Shown piece by piece: positions 13,312 to 25,800 of a stretch of DNA of 64,000 bases. Under the pieces are notes generated by a model, which worked only from the letters and a program-made list of their open reading frames with translations, made no database searches and was not told the origin of the DNA. Position numbers and translations under genes: made by a program. Positions within the stretch are counted from its first letter, which is position 1, and each line of letters starts with the position of its first letter. Location: positions 12,723,872 through 12,787,871 of the forward strand of contig NC_057719.1 in NCBI RefSeq assembly GCF_004010195.1. Reading direction: 5' to 3'. Source of the stretch: Chiloscyllium plagiosum (lineage: Eukaryota).

Positions 13312-13870
13312 ACATAAGAATGAAGAAACAGGAGCATGAGTTGACTATTTGACCCTTGAGTCTTTCTCTACTATTCAACAAGATCATGGCTGATCTTCTA
13401 CCTCAACTCCACAATCCTGCTCTATCTCTATATTCCTTAATTTCCTTAACATCTAAAAATCTATCCACTTCTATCTTGAATTTACTCAGCCACTGAGAAT
13501 CCTCAACACAATGAGGTAGAGAATTCCTACGTTCCACAACCAATTGAGCAACTAGATTTCCTGCCTTCTCTGGCTTAAACGGCCAACCCCTGAGTCTAAG
13601 ATTGTGACTCTGTGTTTCTGATTCTGCAACCATGTAAAGTGGGTTCTCAGCATTTATCATGTCAACATTGTAAATAATTTTATATGCTTCAATTAGAAGA
13701 ATAAGATGAGATTTAAACTCCAGGAAATAAAAGGCTTGGCTATTTAATAAGTGCTTATTAGACATTTCCCTTGTGCCATGAACTAGTCTAATGAAGCAAT
13801 GTTTTACTCTCTCTACTTCGATCTTTCCTTTGGCAAATTGACCAAAATTGTACATAGTACAGATGTGGCC
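13312..13870 (-). mobile_element. Old CR1 LINE 3' fragment
   Basis: ORF 13403..13855 (-) has LIEAYKII...HNLRLRG.PFK...RNSLP...FKIEVDRFLD, a CR1 ORF2 C-terminus. Confidence 0.75.
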
Positions 13871-15314
13871 TCTCCTATGATGAACTGAAGATAGGTCCGA
13901 TCAATTTTAAGCCCTTTTAGTTAGTTGCAACAATTGTTTAATGATTTTTTAAGCTCATCTCTATCACACTTCAATTAAACTTAGTTAACCAGATCAAAAA
14001 TGAAGGAGAGCTAATTCCAAGGTTTTCTTGAGAGAAAAAGAATGGGGTTTTATCTAGGAAAACGAATAAAATGCAACATCAAACACGTATACAAAGCAAA
14101 TGATCTTACAAAGAAGGTGGGGTGAAGAGTACCTAGAATGGACATGAAGCTAAAGGCAATTGTACTTTATAGTTTTATTTAGAAGCTGTGAAAGCAAAAC
14201 CTGAGTCCGGTTATTTTACTGGTGAATTGTTTCCTCAATAATGATGAAGTTGCAGATGGTTGGAGTTCTCAGGAAATGTTGTTCTATGTTGCTTTTAATT
14301 GGCTAGCTTCTGATCTTGAAGGAAGTAGCGAGAGAGTGAGAGAGAAGAGCTTCCAGCGTCCATTTTGGTCCATGTTGCTTTGTCTCTCTATTTAGTTTCC
14401 CAAAGCAAGCTACTGAAATATCGATAGTTCAGCCTCTCTGTAATTCTCGTGAAGTCACAGGTGTTTTACAGTACAGAAATAGGTCCTTCAACCTATTGTG
14501 TTCACACTGGTCATCAAACATGGTTCTTTCCTAAGCCTTTCCAGTACTTGGCCCATACTGTTGAATGCTGTGGCATTTCAACTGCTCATTTGAAGAGAGC
14601 TTAAATGTTTTGAAGGTTCCTGCCACTATCATTCTTTTAGGCAGTCATTCCAGATTCTGACAACCCTTTAGGTAAACAAGTTTTTTTTTTCTTAAATCCT
14701 CTGTTCTCCTCCTGCTCCTTACCTTGACTCTGTGCCCTGGTTGTTTATCTAGTAAGAGTGTTTCTCCCTATCAACAGTGTTTATGTCCGTCAGAGATTTG
14801 CACCACTCAATCACACCCTCCCCTTAGCGTTTTCTATTCGAAGAAGAAACTGAGGACTGCAGGTGCTGGAGAGTCAATGTTGAAAAGTGTGATGCTGAAA
14901 AAGCACAGCAGGTCAGGCAGCATCCGAGGAGCAGGAGAGTTAATGTTTCGGGCAGAAGCCCTTCATCAGGAATGTGGAGGGAATAATTGCGATAGGTCAG
15001 TGAGGAGGGTGGAGCAGATAGGTGGGAAGGAAGATGGACAGGTAGGATAGGCCAAGAGGGCGGTGCCGAGTTGCAGGGTTGGATCTGGGGTGAGGTGGTA
15101 GGAGGGGAGATTTGGAAACTGGTGAAGTCGATGTTGATGCCGTGTGGTTGAAGGGTCCCAAGGTTTTTCCTCCAGTTGCCAAGTGGCTTTGATTTGGTGA
15201 TGGAAGAGGCCCAGGAGTTGTACGTCCTTGGGAGAGTGGGAGGGGACTTAAGGGGCAGTAGGGTTGTTTGGTCCATGTGTCCCAGAGATGTTCCCTGAAG
15301 CATTCTGCAAGTTT

Positions 15315-15640
15315 TAGATTTTAGATTAGATTACATTACATTACAGTGTGGAAACAGGCTCTTCGGCCCAACAAGTCCACACCGACCCGCCGAAGCGCAA
15401 CCCACCCATACCCCTATATTTACCCATTACCTAACACTACGGGCAATTTAACATGGTCAATTCACCTGACCTGCACATCTTTGGATTGTGGGAGGAAACC
15501 GGAGCACCCGGAGGAAACCCACGCAGACACGGGAAGAATGTGCAAACTCCACACAGTCAGTTGCCTGAGGCGGGAATTGAACCCGGGTCTCAGGCGCTGT
15601 GAGGCAGCAGTGCTAACCACTGTGGCACCGTGCCGCCCAC
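15315..15640 (-). mobile_element. HE1 SINE, full length, nested in the Penelope-like element
   Basis: Near-identical to the reverse complement of 9194-9525. Confidence 0.9.
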
Positions 15641-15756
15641 CATTCTGTCTCCCCGATGTAGAGGAGACCACATCGAGAGCAACGACACAGTAGATGAGGT
15701 AGGTGGATGTGAAGGAAAATCTCTGCTGGATGTTAAAACATCCTTTGGGGCCTTGG

Positions 15757-16335
15757 AATCATGTAATCCCTATAGTGTGGCAACAGGCCATTTGCCCTGA
15801 CAAGTCCACACTGACCTTCCAAAGAGTATACCACCTGCACCCATTTCCCCACCCTACTATTCTACATTTTCCCCTGACTAATATACCTAACCTACACATC
15901 CCTGAACACTATGGATAATTTAGCATGGCCAATCCACCTAACCTGCACATCTTTGGACTGTGGGAGGCTACCGTAGCACCCAGAGGAAACTTGCACAGAC
16001 ACAGGGAGAATGTACAAACCCCACATAGACAGTTGCCTGAGGCTGGAACAAAGAACAAAGAAAGTGTACAGCCCAGGAACAGGCCTTCGGCCCTACAAGC
16101 CTGAGCCAGTCCAAATCTACTGTCTAAACCTGTCGCCCAATTCCTAAGCATCTGTATCCCTCTGCTCCCCACTGACTCATGCATCTATCCAGACGCAGTT
16201 TAAATGAATTTACCATGCCTGCCTCTACTGCCTCTGCTGGCAATACGTTCCAGACACCCACCACTCTCTGTGTGAAGTACTTGCCGTGTGTATCCCGTTT
16301 AAACTTTCCACCTCTCACCTTGAAAGTGTGACCTC
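15757..16335 (-). mobile_element. Partial HE1-like SINE (15757-16046) plus CR1 3' end (16047-16335)
   Basis: SINE body in reverse. ORF 16124..16318 (-) RGGKFKRD.HGKYFTQRVVGVWNVLP is a CR1 C-terminus. Confidence 0.75.
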
Positions 16336-17414
16336 ACATTCTTGAATCCTTCACCCTGGTTGAGTTCAAGGGCAGAGCTGCGGGAAATGGAAGACATATA
16401 CTGGAGGGCATTGTTGATCACATGAAAGGGGAAATTGTGATCCTTGAAATACGAGGACATCTGGAATATCCTGTAATGGAATTGCTCCTCCTGGGAGCAG
16501 ATATGGTGGAGGCATAGAAATTGGGAGTAAGGGATTGCATTTTTGGGGGTGGGAGGAGGTGAAGTCAAGGTCGACGTGGGAGTTGTTGGGTTTGAAATAC
16601 ATGTTTCTGTTGAGTCCTTTGTCGGAGGTGGAAACAGAGAGGTCCAGGAAGGGGGGGGGGGGGGGGGGAAGATGTCCAAGATGGTCCAGGTGAACTTGAG
16701 GTCAGGGTGGAAGGTGTTAGTGAAGTTTGTGAACTGTTCAACCTCCTTGTGGGAGCAGGAGGTGGTGCTGGTACAGTCATCAATGAAGTGGAGGAAAAGG
16801 AAGGGGATAGTGCCAGTGTCACTGAGGAAGGTGGGCTGTTCCATCTACCCTACAAAGAGGCAGGCATAGCTGGGGCCCATGCAGGTACTCATGGCTACCC
16901 CTTTGGTCTGAAGGAAGTTAGAGGATTCGAATGAGAAGCTGTTGAGGGTGAGGACCAGTTCCACCAATCGAATGAGTGTACCAGTGGAGGGGGACTGGCT
17001 AGGCCCCACCTACCAGCTCCACCCTCCCCACTGACCTATCATAATTATCCCCCTGCCTGCATCCACCTATCGATTCCCATCTACCTTTCCCTGCAGCCCC
17101 ACCCCCACCCCCACTTAGCTCTCATCCCCTTCTCCCTCCACATTCCTGATGGAGGACTTACGTCCAAAGCGTTGACTCTCCTGCTCCTCGGATGCTGCCT
17201 GCCCTGCTGTTCTTTTCCAGTGACACACTTTTCAACTCTTTTCTATTTAAAGGAAAATAGTCCCTCTTTATGACTGAATTGCTCCAACGCAGGCAACATC
17301 CATGGGAAACAAAAACAAAATTGCTAGAGAAACTCAGCAGGTCTGGCAGCATCTGTGGAGACAAAGCAGAGTCACCATTTTGGGTCATACTTCACACCCT
17401 CTTTAGTGTAAGCA

Positions 17415-17800
17415 CATCTTACCTGTAGTGTGGTGACCAGAACTACAGACAGTACTCCAGTTGTGGCCTAACTAATCTTATATACAGCTCACTCACAACC
17501 ACTATACTCTTGTATTTAAGGCGTTGACTAATAAAGGGAAGTATTCCATATACCTTCTTAAGCACCTTAACCACCTGTCCTGCTGCCTTCAAAGATCTAC
17601 AGAAATACAGAGCAAGGTCCCTCTGATTCTCTATACTTCCTAGTGTCTGACCATTCAACATGTACTCCCCTATCTTGTAACAGCCCATTCTCCAATTCTT
17701 TTGTAATAAAAGCCACATACCATATGTCTTCCAAACTGCTTGCTGTACCTTCATGTTACCTTTCTGTGAATCATGTACAAGTACTGTCAGGTTCTTTGGA
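17415..17800 (-). mobile_element. Old CR1 RT C-terminal fragments
   Basis: ORF 17443..17838 (-) contains KKVYGILPFI...LYIRLVRPQLEYC. Confidence 0.7.
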
Positions 17801-17919
17801 ATTTGTAAGTGGTTGCTTCTAGGGAAGTCAGATGTCATTCAAATTGCCTTACTGTAGTTTCTCATTTTATGAGAACAACAATTGATTAATTGCTGCACAA
17901 AATGTTAATATTCAAAGTA

Positions 17920-20270
17920 AGTTATTAGCCTGGATAAAGGATTAGCTAACAATAGAAAAAAAGAGAGTTGGGATAAATGGGTCCTCTTCTCGTTGGCGAG
18001 ACATAACTAGTGGAGTGCCCCAAATATTTACAACCTGTATAAATGATAGAAAATACAATAGCATATGACACCAAAATAGATCAGAAAGTAAGTTGTAATG
18101 AAGAAATAAGAAGTTTACAAGTGGATGTGGATAGGTTAGGCCGATGTAGGTAAATGTGAGGTTGGAGGAATAGAATGAAAACTTATTATCTAAATGGACA
18201 GAAACCTCAGAGTGCTTTGGTGCCGAGGGATGTAGATGTCCTCATGCATGAATCATAGAAAACTAGTGTGCAGGTACAGCAGATAACAAGGGAGGCAAAT
18301 GGAATTTTGGTACTTATTGGTGAACGAATAGAGTATAAAGTAGGGTAGTGTTGCTCCAACTATACAAGCCATTAGTGAGACCACACCTGGAGTATTCTGT
18401 CCGGTTTTGCTCCCTTGAGGAGGGATGTAGTTTTATCGGAGGCAGTTCAGAGCAGGGTTACCAGATTAATTTCAGAGATGACACATTTTTCTTATAAAGA
18501 AAGATTGAGCAGTTTAGGCTTATACTCTCTGGAGTTGGGAAGAATGAGAGGAGATCTAATTGAGGTATGTGAGACACTAAAGTGGATTGACAAATTAGAC
18601 GTAGATAGGATATTTCCTCATTTGGGGCAATCCAGAATGAAGTAATAGTTTTAGGTTAAGGCGTCGCAGAAAATAGATAAGTCCCCTGGGCCTGATGGCA
18701 TTTATCCTAGGATTCTCTGGGAAGCAAGGGAGGAGATTGCAGAGCCATTGGCCTTGATTTTTATGTCCTCTTTGTCTACAGGAGTAGTGCCAGAAGACTG
18801 GAGGATAGCAAATGTGGTTCCCTTGTTCAAAAAGGGGAGTAGGGATAACCCTAGTAACTATAGGCCGGTGAGTCTCACTTCTGTTGTGGGCAAAGTCTTA
18901 GAGAGAATTGCAAGGGATAGGATTTATGCACATCTGGATAGGAATAATGTGATCAAGGATAGTCAGCATGGTTTTGTGAAGGGCAGGTCGTGCCTCACAA
19001 ACCTAATTGAATTCTTTGAAAAGGTGACGAAGGAGGTTGATGAGGGGAAAGCGGTAGATGTGGTATATATGGATTTTAGTAAGGCGTTTGATAAGGTTCC
19101 CCATGGTAGGCGACTGCAGAAAATACGGAGATATGGCATTGAGGATGAGTTGGAGGTTTGGATTAGGAATTGGCTGGATGGAAGAAGACAGAGGGTAGTA
19201 GTTGATGGCAAAGTTTCTTCATGGAGTGCCGTCACTAGCGGTGTTCCGCAAGGATCTGTTTTGGGACCATTGCTGTTTGTCATTTTTATAAATGACCTGG
19301 AAGAGGGGTTAGAAGGTTGGGTAAGATGGCAATTTCCTTCCCTAATGGGCATTAGTGAACCAGATCGGTTTCCACCCCCCAACAATGGATCCATTCTAGA
19401 TATGAATTGATCTGAAACTCCATCATCCAGCTGTGGCTGGATTTGAACTCAGGTCCCCAGCATGTTAGCCAGATCCATAGATTAACAGTTCAGTGATAAT
19501 ACCATGAGGCCATCATCAGCATTATCATACTGCTTCCCCATAAAGTGCAAATCCTTGCCTCTGATATATGATGGAACATAGCCAATAGGCCCTTCAAGCC
19601 TTATCTACTATTTAATAAGACAACAACTGATCTATTTCAACCTCAATTCCACATTCCTGTACACCCTCAATAATCTTGCACTCCCTCAGTCATCACACAG
19701 AGCTGTACAACATGGAAACAGACCCTTTGTTCCAACTTGTCCATGCTGACCAGATATCCTAGATAAATTTAAATCCCATTTGTCAGCATTTGGCCCAAGG
19801 TTCTTCACTCAGCGAGTCGTAAGTTCATGGAATGCCCTGCCAGCAGCAGTGGTGGACTCTCCCTCTTTATGGGCATTTAAGCGGGCATTGGATAGGTATA
19901 TGGAGGATAGTGGGTTAGTATAGGTTAGGTGGGCTTGGATCGGCGCAACATCGAGGGCCAAAGGGCCTGTACTGCGCTGTATTCTTCTATGTTCTATGTT
20001 CTATTTAAAACAGAGATGAGGAGAAATAGGATCACTCAAAGGGTCGTGAATCTTGTAATTTACTAACCCAGAGTGTGGTGGATGCTGGGACATTGACTAA
20101 ATGTAAGGAGGAGAGAAAGATTTTTAATTAGTAATCAATTGAAGGATAATGGAAAGCGGGAAGGAAAATGGAGTTGAGGCTGAGATGAGATTAACCATGA
20201 TAGTATCAAATGGAGGAGCAGGTTCAAGAGGCTGAACTGCCCACTTCATCTCTTAGTTCTAATGTTCGTA
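17920..20270 (+). mobile_element. Old CR1 LINE interrupted by a younger CR1 (18671-20003)
   Basis: The younger copy has an open 220-aa RT stretch ([16 protein letters not shown]...YRPVSLTS...QHGF...[11 protein letters not shown]...[13 protein letters not shown]) and a (TTCTATG)n tail at 19984-20003. The older copy resumes at TTTAAAACAGAGATGAGG. Confidence 0.85.
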
Positions 20271-21002
20271 TGTACAGCAGAGAAAGAGGCTGTTGGCCTT
20301 CATATGTGTGTAATTCTACACTAATCCCATTTTCCAATTCTTTTTCCGTTTCCCTAGAGGCAATGGCAAAGCAAATGAATATCTAAATATTGCTTAAAAG
20401 TTACAAGAGTTTCTGACACCTTTTCAGGCAGTCAGTTCCAGACTCCCACCACTCTCCGAGTGAAATAAACTGTCTCCTCATTTCTCCACGTAGCCTTCTA
20501 CCTCCTATTATATATCTTGTTCCACCGTTATTCTTTAATTCATTCTTGCAATGTGGGTATCACTCCCATTTTTTACCCATATCTGGAAAAGCTGTCGAGC
20601 TTCTTTGTTGCATTGCTGTTGTGGTTTTGTTGGAGACACATCCACAAATGTTACCTCCAAATGATCAACCTGGACGTCAATATTGTCAAGTTTTTGCAGC
20701 ATGGACAAACGTATTACCTAAGGATTTCCATATAAAGTTCAAAATTGGATTCATCAGCAAAAAGCTCCACATCTAACCTTACAATAGAGGGAAACTCGTT
20801 GATGAAACATAAAGATGATTGAACTATCTAGATATTTCAGATCAATCTGTTCAGACATGTTGTACCTTACCTTGAAAGCAGGTGGGTCTTGAACTTGGTC
20901 TTCTGACCCAGATGTGGGATGTTACCAATGTATCTCCAGAGCCCCTATTTTGGGCTATCTACCCTGTGTCCTGAGACAGACACGATTAACTTTTAATGAT
21001 GG

Positions 21003-21357
21003 TGGGCATGGTGGCTTAGTGGTTAGCACTCCTATCTCACAGTGCCAGGACCTGAGTTTGATTCCACCCCTACGCAACCGTCTATGTCGACTTTACACAT
21101 TCTCCCTGTGCATGCGTGGGTTTCCACCAGGTGCTCTGGTTTCCTTCCACAGTCCAAAAATGTGCAGTTTAGGTGGATTGGCCATGTTAAATTGTCCCAT
21201 AGTGCCCAGGATGTGTAGGTTAGGTAGATTAGCCATTGGAAATGCAAGCTTACAAGGATAGGGTATGGGGGTGGGTCTGTGTGGTATGCTATTTGGAGGA
21301 TCAGTGTGGACTTTATGGGCTGAATGGCCTGTTCCCATGCCATAGGGATTCTATGAC
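21003..21357 (+). mobile_element. HE1-like SINE (diverged)
   Basis: TGGGCATGGTGGCTTAGTGGTTAGCAC head and ATTCTATG tail. Confidence 0.8.
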
Positions 21358-21596
21358 CACAACTAACAATTGTGGCTACAGACACTGCAAAGTTGACCTT
21401 TAGTTCCCATTGAATTTGATCTTTCCAGAGTTCTCAGTCAAATGCTGCCTATATGTTAAGGACAGTGACTGTCACCTCACCATTCTGTTTAGTTTTGGAG
21501 CAAACCTGTTATCAGGTCTGGAACTGATCCCAAATCAACATCAAATAATGTGATGTCCATCGCTTTGTGCTATTCTTGGCCATTGCCCTGCTGATG

Positions 21597-21845
21597 AGGA
21601 GGAATTTCTTCTGCCAGAAGATGATGAATCTGAGGAACTCATTGCTGTAGAAGGTTGTGGAAGTCAAATCATTAAATGCATTTATGGCAGCGATAGACAG
21701 GTTCTTGATTGGTTAAGGGATCACGGCTTACAGGGAGGAGGCAGGAAAATGGGGTTGAGAAAGATCACAGCCATGATCAAATGGTGGGGCTGACTCAATG
21801 GGCCAAATGGCTTAATTCTGCTCCTCTCTTTTATGGTTTTATGAT
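21597..21845 (+). mobile_element. CR1 3' end
   Basis: GAGGAATTTCTTC..CAGAAG..G.TGAATCT...ATAGACAGGTTCTTG...GGCCAAATGGCTTAATTCTGCTCC. Confidence 0.65.
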
Positions 21846-23422
21846 TGAGAATATTCCAACTGTGTGGTAATTTCATGGCCAAGTGTGAGCATATTATCAT
21901 GTAGAAGTCAATGTTGTACTGCAGTAGAATGGCCTGGCTAATGGTACAGCTAGTTCTGGAGTACGGGTCTTGAGGTGGATGGTTATCACCAGGTGGTATA
22001 GCCATTGCTATGCCCAATGCACTGAATGGTTTCTTCCCCCAGTCTAGAAAACATTTCTAGAATCACTCCTCCACCGTTAGTCCGACTGGTCCACAAAGGC
22101 TTCCGCCCACACTGCCTTCTATTTCTGTCAGCATAAACTTTTATTTGTTGCTTGTATTTAACTAGCATACTCTGAAATGCTTCTAACATTAAACACATCT
22201 ATGGTATCATCAGTGTTCCACATTCTAAGCATTCTTTATCTAACTATTTGCAAAACGTACTCTCCACGGTGCTGAGCTTCAGTTATGTTCAGTCTTGAGC
22301 AAATCCCAGAGCATTCAGCTTGGGAACTAAGCCAGGAGTTTGAACTGAGATGGAACTTTCCTGAAAACAGAGACCATTGAAGCTTGGAAGCAATTATAAA
22401 TCAAATTCCCAAGACTTCTGTCACTCCCCAAACACTCCATCTTCCTCTTGCCCCCTGGACCTTACTTAACCGTCAAGGCAAGGATTCTAGTGGCTCTTGT
22501 GAAGCGGCAGGACTTTGTTGCTTTAGAAACACAATATAAATATGTGGAGACTTCTTGGTGGTGGATCTGTCACTTCAGTAGAAAGTAACAGATGGAAAAG
22601 GCTGACTGTCTGGGATCGGCACTGCAGGAGTTCCGGAATCAGCCAGCACCAACACATTGGCTGACCCCTGGAGCAAAGGACTGGGGCGAATGTCCATTCA
22701 ATCATTCTCCAGACATTAATTAGCCGTCAATTACGGCAAATTAATCAACTCCTCGCCTAATTAAGCAATGTCAAGAGGCGGGCAAGAAACAGGCCTTTGT
22801 GTAAAATGCATGAGAAAGCACTTGTTGGCAAACTCGCTTTTCATCAGCGATGCATCTCTTGCTTCATTTAGCATGTGGAACTAGGACTTGGTCTAGGGGG
22901 AGGAAAGCAAGGAAATTAAAAATAAAGCCCAACTGTGTAACAGAGCACTGAAAACACACCACCATCTGTTTAGTCAAAGCTAAAACGATCATTTAAGCCC
23001 TGGCAGTATTTCTGGGTGCTTGTGCTATTTATTTTTTTAAAAAATCGCTTTTGCTCCATTAAGTTTAGCCATAAAGGCTTTGAGAGTCCCCAGCTTCAAT
23101 TTGCCTTGTTCAAGGTGAATTGACGATTCCTAGACTACATCCTCGAAAAGAAACATAAAGAATTGGTTTTGGTACACACCCATCCCCCTGGAGTGGAAAA
23201 TCAGCTGTGTTTCTGCTCATGATCATTGATGGGAAAACTTGCCGAGGGATGTTGGGTGAACTTGTGAGCTAGATTGGCTATGATGCCTTTCACACTGAAT
23301 AGCCCACCCGGCCTCACAAATGGCATTGTTGGGGGAAACTGTCTCCGCATCACCCTGCTTCTGAATAGAATGGAGGAGAGAAAGAATCTTACTAGATGCA
23401 ACCCAGAGCAATTTAAATCTTA

Positions 23423-23622
23423 AACAAAAGCAGAAATTGCTGGAAAAGCTCAGCAGGTCTGGCAGCATCTGTGGAGAGAAATCAGAGTGAACATTTCGGG
23501 TCCGGTGACCCTTCCTCAGAACTGATTTTTCTTCACAGTTGCTGCCAAGCCTGCTGAGGTTTTTCCAGCAACTTCTATTTTTGTTTCTGATTTGCAGCAT
23601 CAGTAGTTCTTTCTGTTTCAAC
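23423..23622. mobile_element. Palindromic Penelope-type terminal-repeat insertion (family B)
   Basis: Inverted arms around CCCTTCCTCAGAAC, with TSD TTAAATCTTA at 23413-23422 and 23623-23632. Confidence 0.75.
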
Positions 23623-25250
23623 TTAAATCTTAGCCTGGCTATTGCCCATTTCCGTTAGATTCCCCTTTAAAGACAATGGGCAAGAAACTGCACCATTGTA
23701 TTTTATCTTGACTATTGCAGCATGTAAATTTCTTGCTGCCTCTCCATTTAAGTAATAGGAACATGAAACCCAGCATGCTTCTTGCTATCAGCTGACAGAA
23801 AACTCAACCAGATCTTTAAGAGTGTGCAAGGGTAGTAGGTATTCCAGCTGGCTTCTGTAGCATGATGGGAAATGAATATACTTGTGGTGATTGTGGTGCC
23901 AATCTGATATCAGCAGAGCACAACAGGATGGAGAGAAAAACACATCATGGAGACAGTAGGAAAAGCCCTGTACTGGAGTGTTGCATACAGTATGATACCT
24001 ATTATGGTGTAAGTAAAGAATTTACAGGATTACAGGAAGCAAGCCACCTTTCTGTAAGCTAGGGTCAAGCAAGGGATCACATCATTTTAAAGAATCAAAC
24101 ATGTGCACTATTAGAAAAATGAATCACAGATTGTGAGACATTAAACAGCCTCAGCTGTACCAAAGCCATACACTAAAGATGTGATTCCCAAACTTTTTCT
24201 CACTGATATCCCATGTTAATGCATCAAACTTGGTGCAATCTCTGAGTAGAAATGTTGGGGAAGGGGAAAGGGATCCATTCAATTGAGCCAGTACCTCACT
24301 GTCGCCACCTGCTGCTGGAGGTCCTGCCATAATTGCTCAAGCCCCCCTGCAAAGTGTCTTCCCTCGTTGTTGTTGAGTGTGGCAGGAGGAGGCAGAGTGG
24401 AGTATTGGTGCAAGGAATGGAAAGAGTTCAAATAGAAGGTACAGGAAGACTGAAAACTATAAACACAATAACCTGTATCTAGTTCTGAAGAAGGATCACT
24501 AGACTCCAAATGTGAATGGCTGTTTTGTTTTTGTTCTTCATAGTTACGGCCAGACCCGCTGAGTTTCCCCAGTAATTTCTGATTTTGTTTGTTTCAGATC
24601 TCCAGCCATCTGCAGTTCTTTGTTTTAGTTAACCTGCATCTATTGGTGGCAGTGACCGGACTGCAGAGCCTTAGGCAACACCTTGCAGCAAAAAAAATCA
24701 GAGCCTCGCAACCGATCTAAGTACTGTCACTTCTAACTCTCTGCTCCACAGCCACTATGGCTGACACTTGGCTTATGACCCAGTTACTCACCCTGGATGC
24801 CCACTGGGACTTGTGACTCACAAATTGGGAATTTGTACACTAAAGCAATACACTTAAGCATCTGAGTCTGACTTTTCTCATGCTTTGCTTCACGAAACCT
24901 CTTAACTCAATTCAACAGGTTTTTGCATGGTGATACTACTGATCCCAGAGTATAATGTGTGGAAAATCTCCTAACGTGATACCTCATAGGTACAATGAGT
25001 GGGAGTTGGACTATTATTCCCAGGTATTGGTTTGGTATTGATATGTATCAGAGAATGGAACACTCAGATAGCCCAAAGATCATGAAGCAGAGATTCTTTA
25101 TTCCACTGGTATCAGGTCATAACAAATACAAGGAGTTAAAGGTAAATAGGTTTATACTGTATTTGTATGGACTGAGGCCTGTGGTTTACATTGGGTTGAT
25201 GAATCCTTTGTCTGACTGCCCCTTTTCTTAACTAGCCCTCCTTGCCAGAA

Positions 25251-25800
25251 GGGATCCATTCAACTGTTCCAGCTGCCTTCACCATTGCCACTACAGCCAG
25301 AGGTCCTGACAGATTTGCTCAAGCGCCCCTGTACAACATCTTCCCTCACTATCGCCACCTGCTGCTGGAGGTCCTGACACAATTGCTCAAATTCCCCTGC
25401 ACAGTGTGACTGGCATGATGCCTCAGTGGTTAGCACTGCTGCATCACAGCGCCAGAAACATGGGTTTGATTCCACCCTCGGGCAACTGTGTGGAGTTTGT
25501 ACATTGTCCCCGTGTCTGCGTGGGTTTCCTCCAGGTGCTCTGGTTTCCTCCTAATATCCATAGACATGTAGGCTAGGTAGATCAAGAAAAATGCATGGTT
25601 ACAAGGATAGGGTAGGGGGCTGTATTTGGGTGGGATGGTCTTCGGAGGGTGGGTGTGGACTTGATGGGCTGAATGGTCTGCTTCCACGCTGTAGAGATTC
25701 TATGATTCTTCTCTCACTGGTGCTACCTGTTGCTGGAGGTCCTGACACAATTGTTTGAATTCCCCTGCACAGTGTCTCCCCGCACTGTCACCATCTTCTA
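25251..25800. repeat. About 68-bp minisatellite (3+ units) split by an HE1-like SINE at 25409-25707; a related unit at 24270-24365
   Basis: AGGTCCTG anchors at 25301, 25369 and 25737 (68-bp period plus a 300-bp SINE). GGGATCCATTCAA precedes both loci. Confidence 0.75.

Larger units (their letters stand above)
14844..17239 (-). mobile_element. Penelope-like retroelement (RT + GIY-YIG remnants) with inverted terminal repeat, carrying three nested insertions
   Basis: Minus strand shows G-AM--CMGPSYACLFVG (about 16850-16905), FIDD...FTNTFHPDLKFTWTI (RT), RCSRCGLLYIGE (GIY-YIG, about 15650-15690) and C-terminal LGTLQPHGINIDFTSF. Terminal repeats lie at 14844-14975 and, inverted, at 17005-17239. 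TSD TTTCTATTCGAAG (14831-14843) / TTTCTATTTAAAG (17240-17252). Confidence 0.85.

Noticed and set aside
18748..19410. 220-aa reverse transcriptase ORF as a gene
   Set aside because: Truncated CR1 ORF2 fragment that breaks off just before the FADD catalytic motif; no evidence of domestication.
25251..25800. CRISPR-like repeat array
   Set aside because: Eukaryotic context, contiguous degenerate units without unique spacers, no cas genes.
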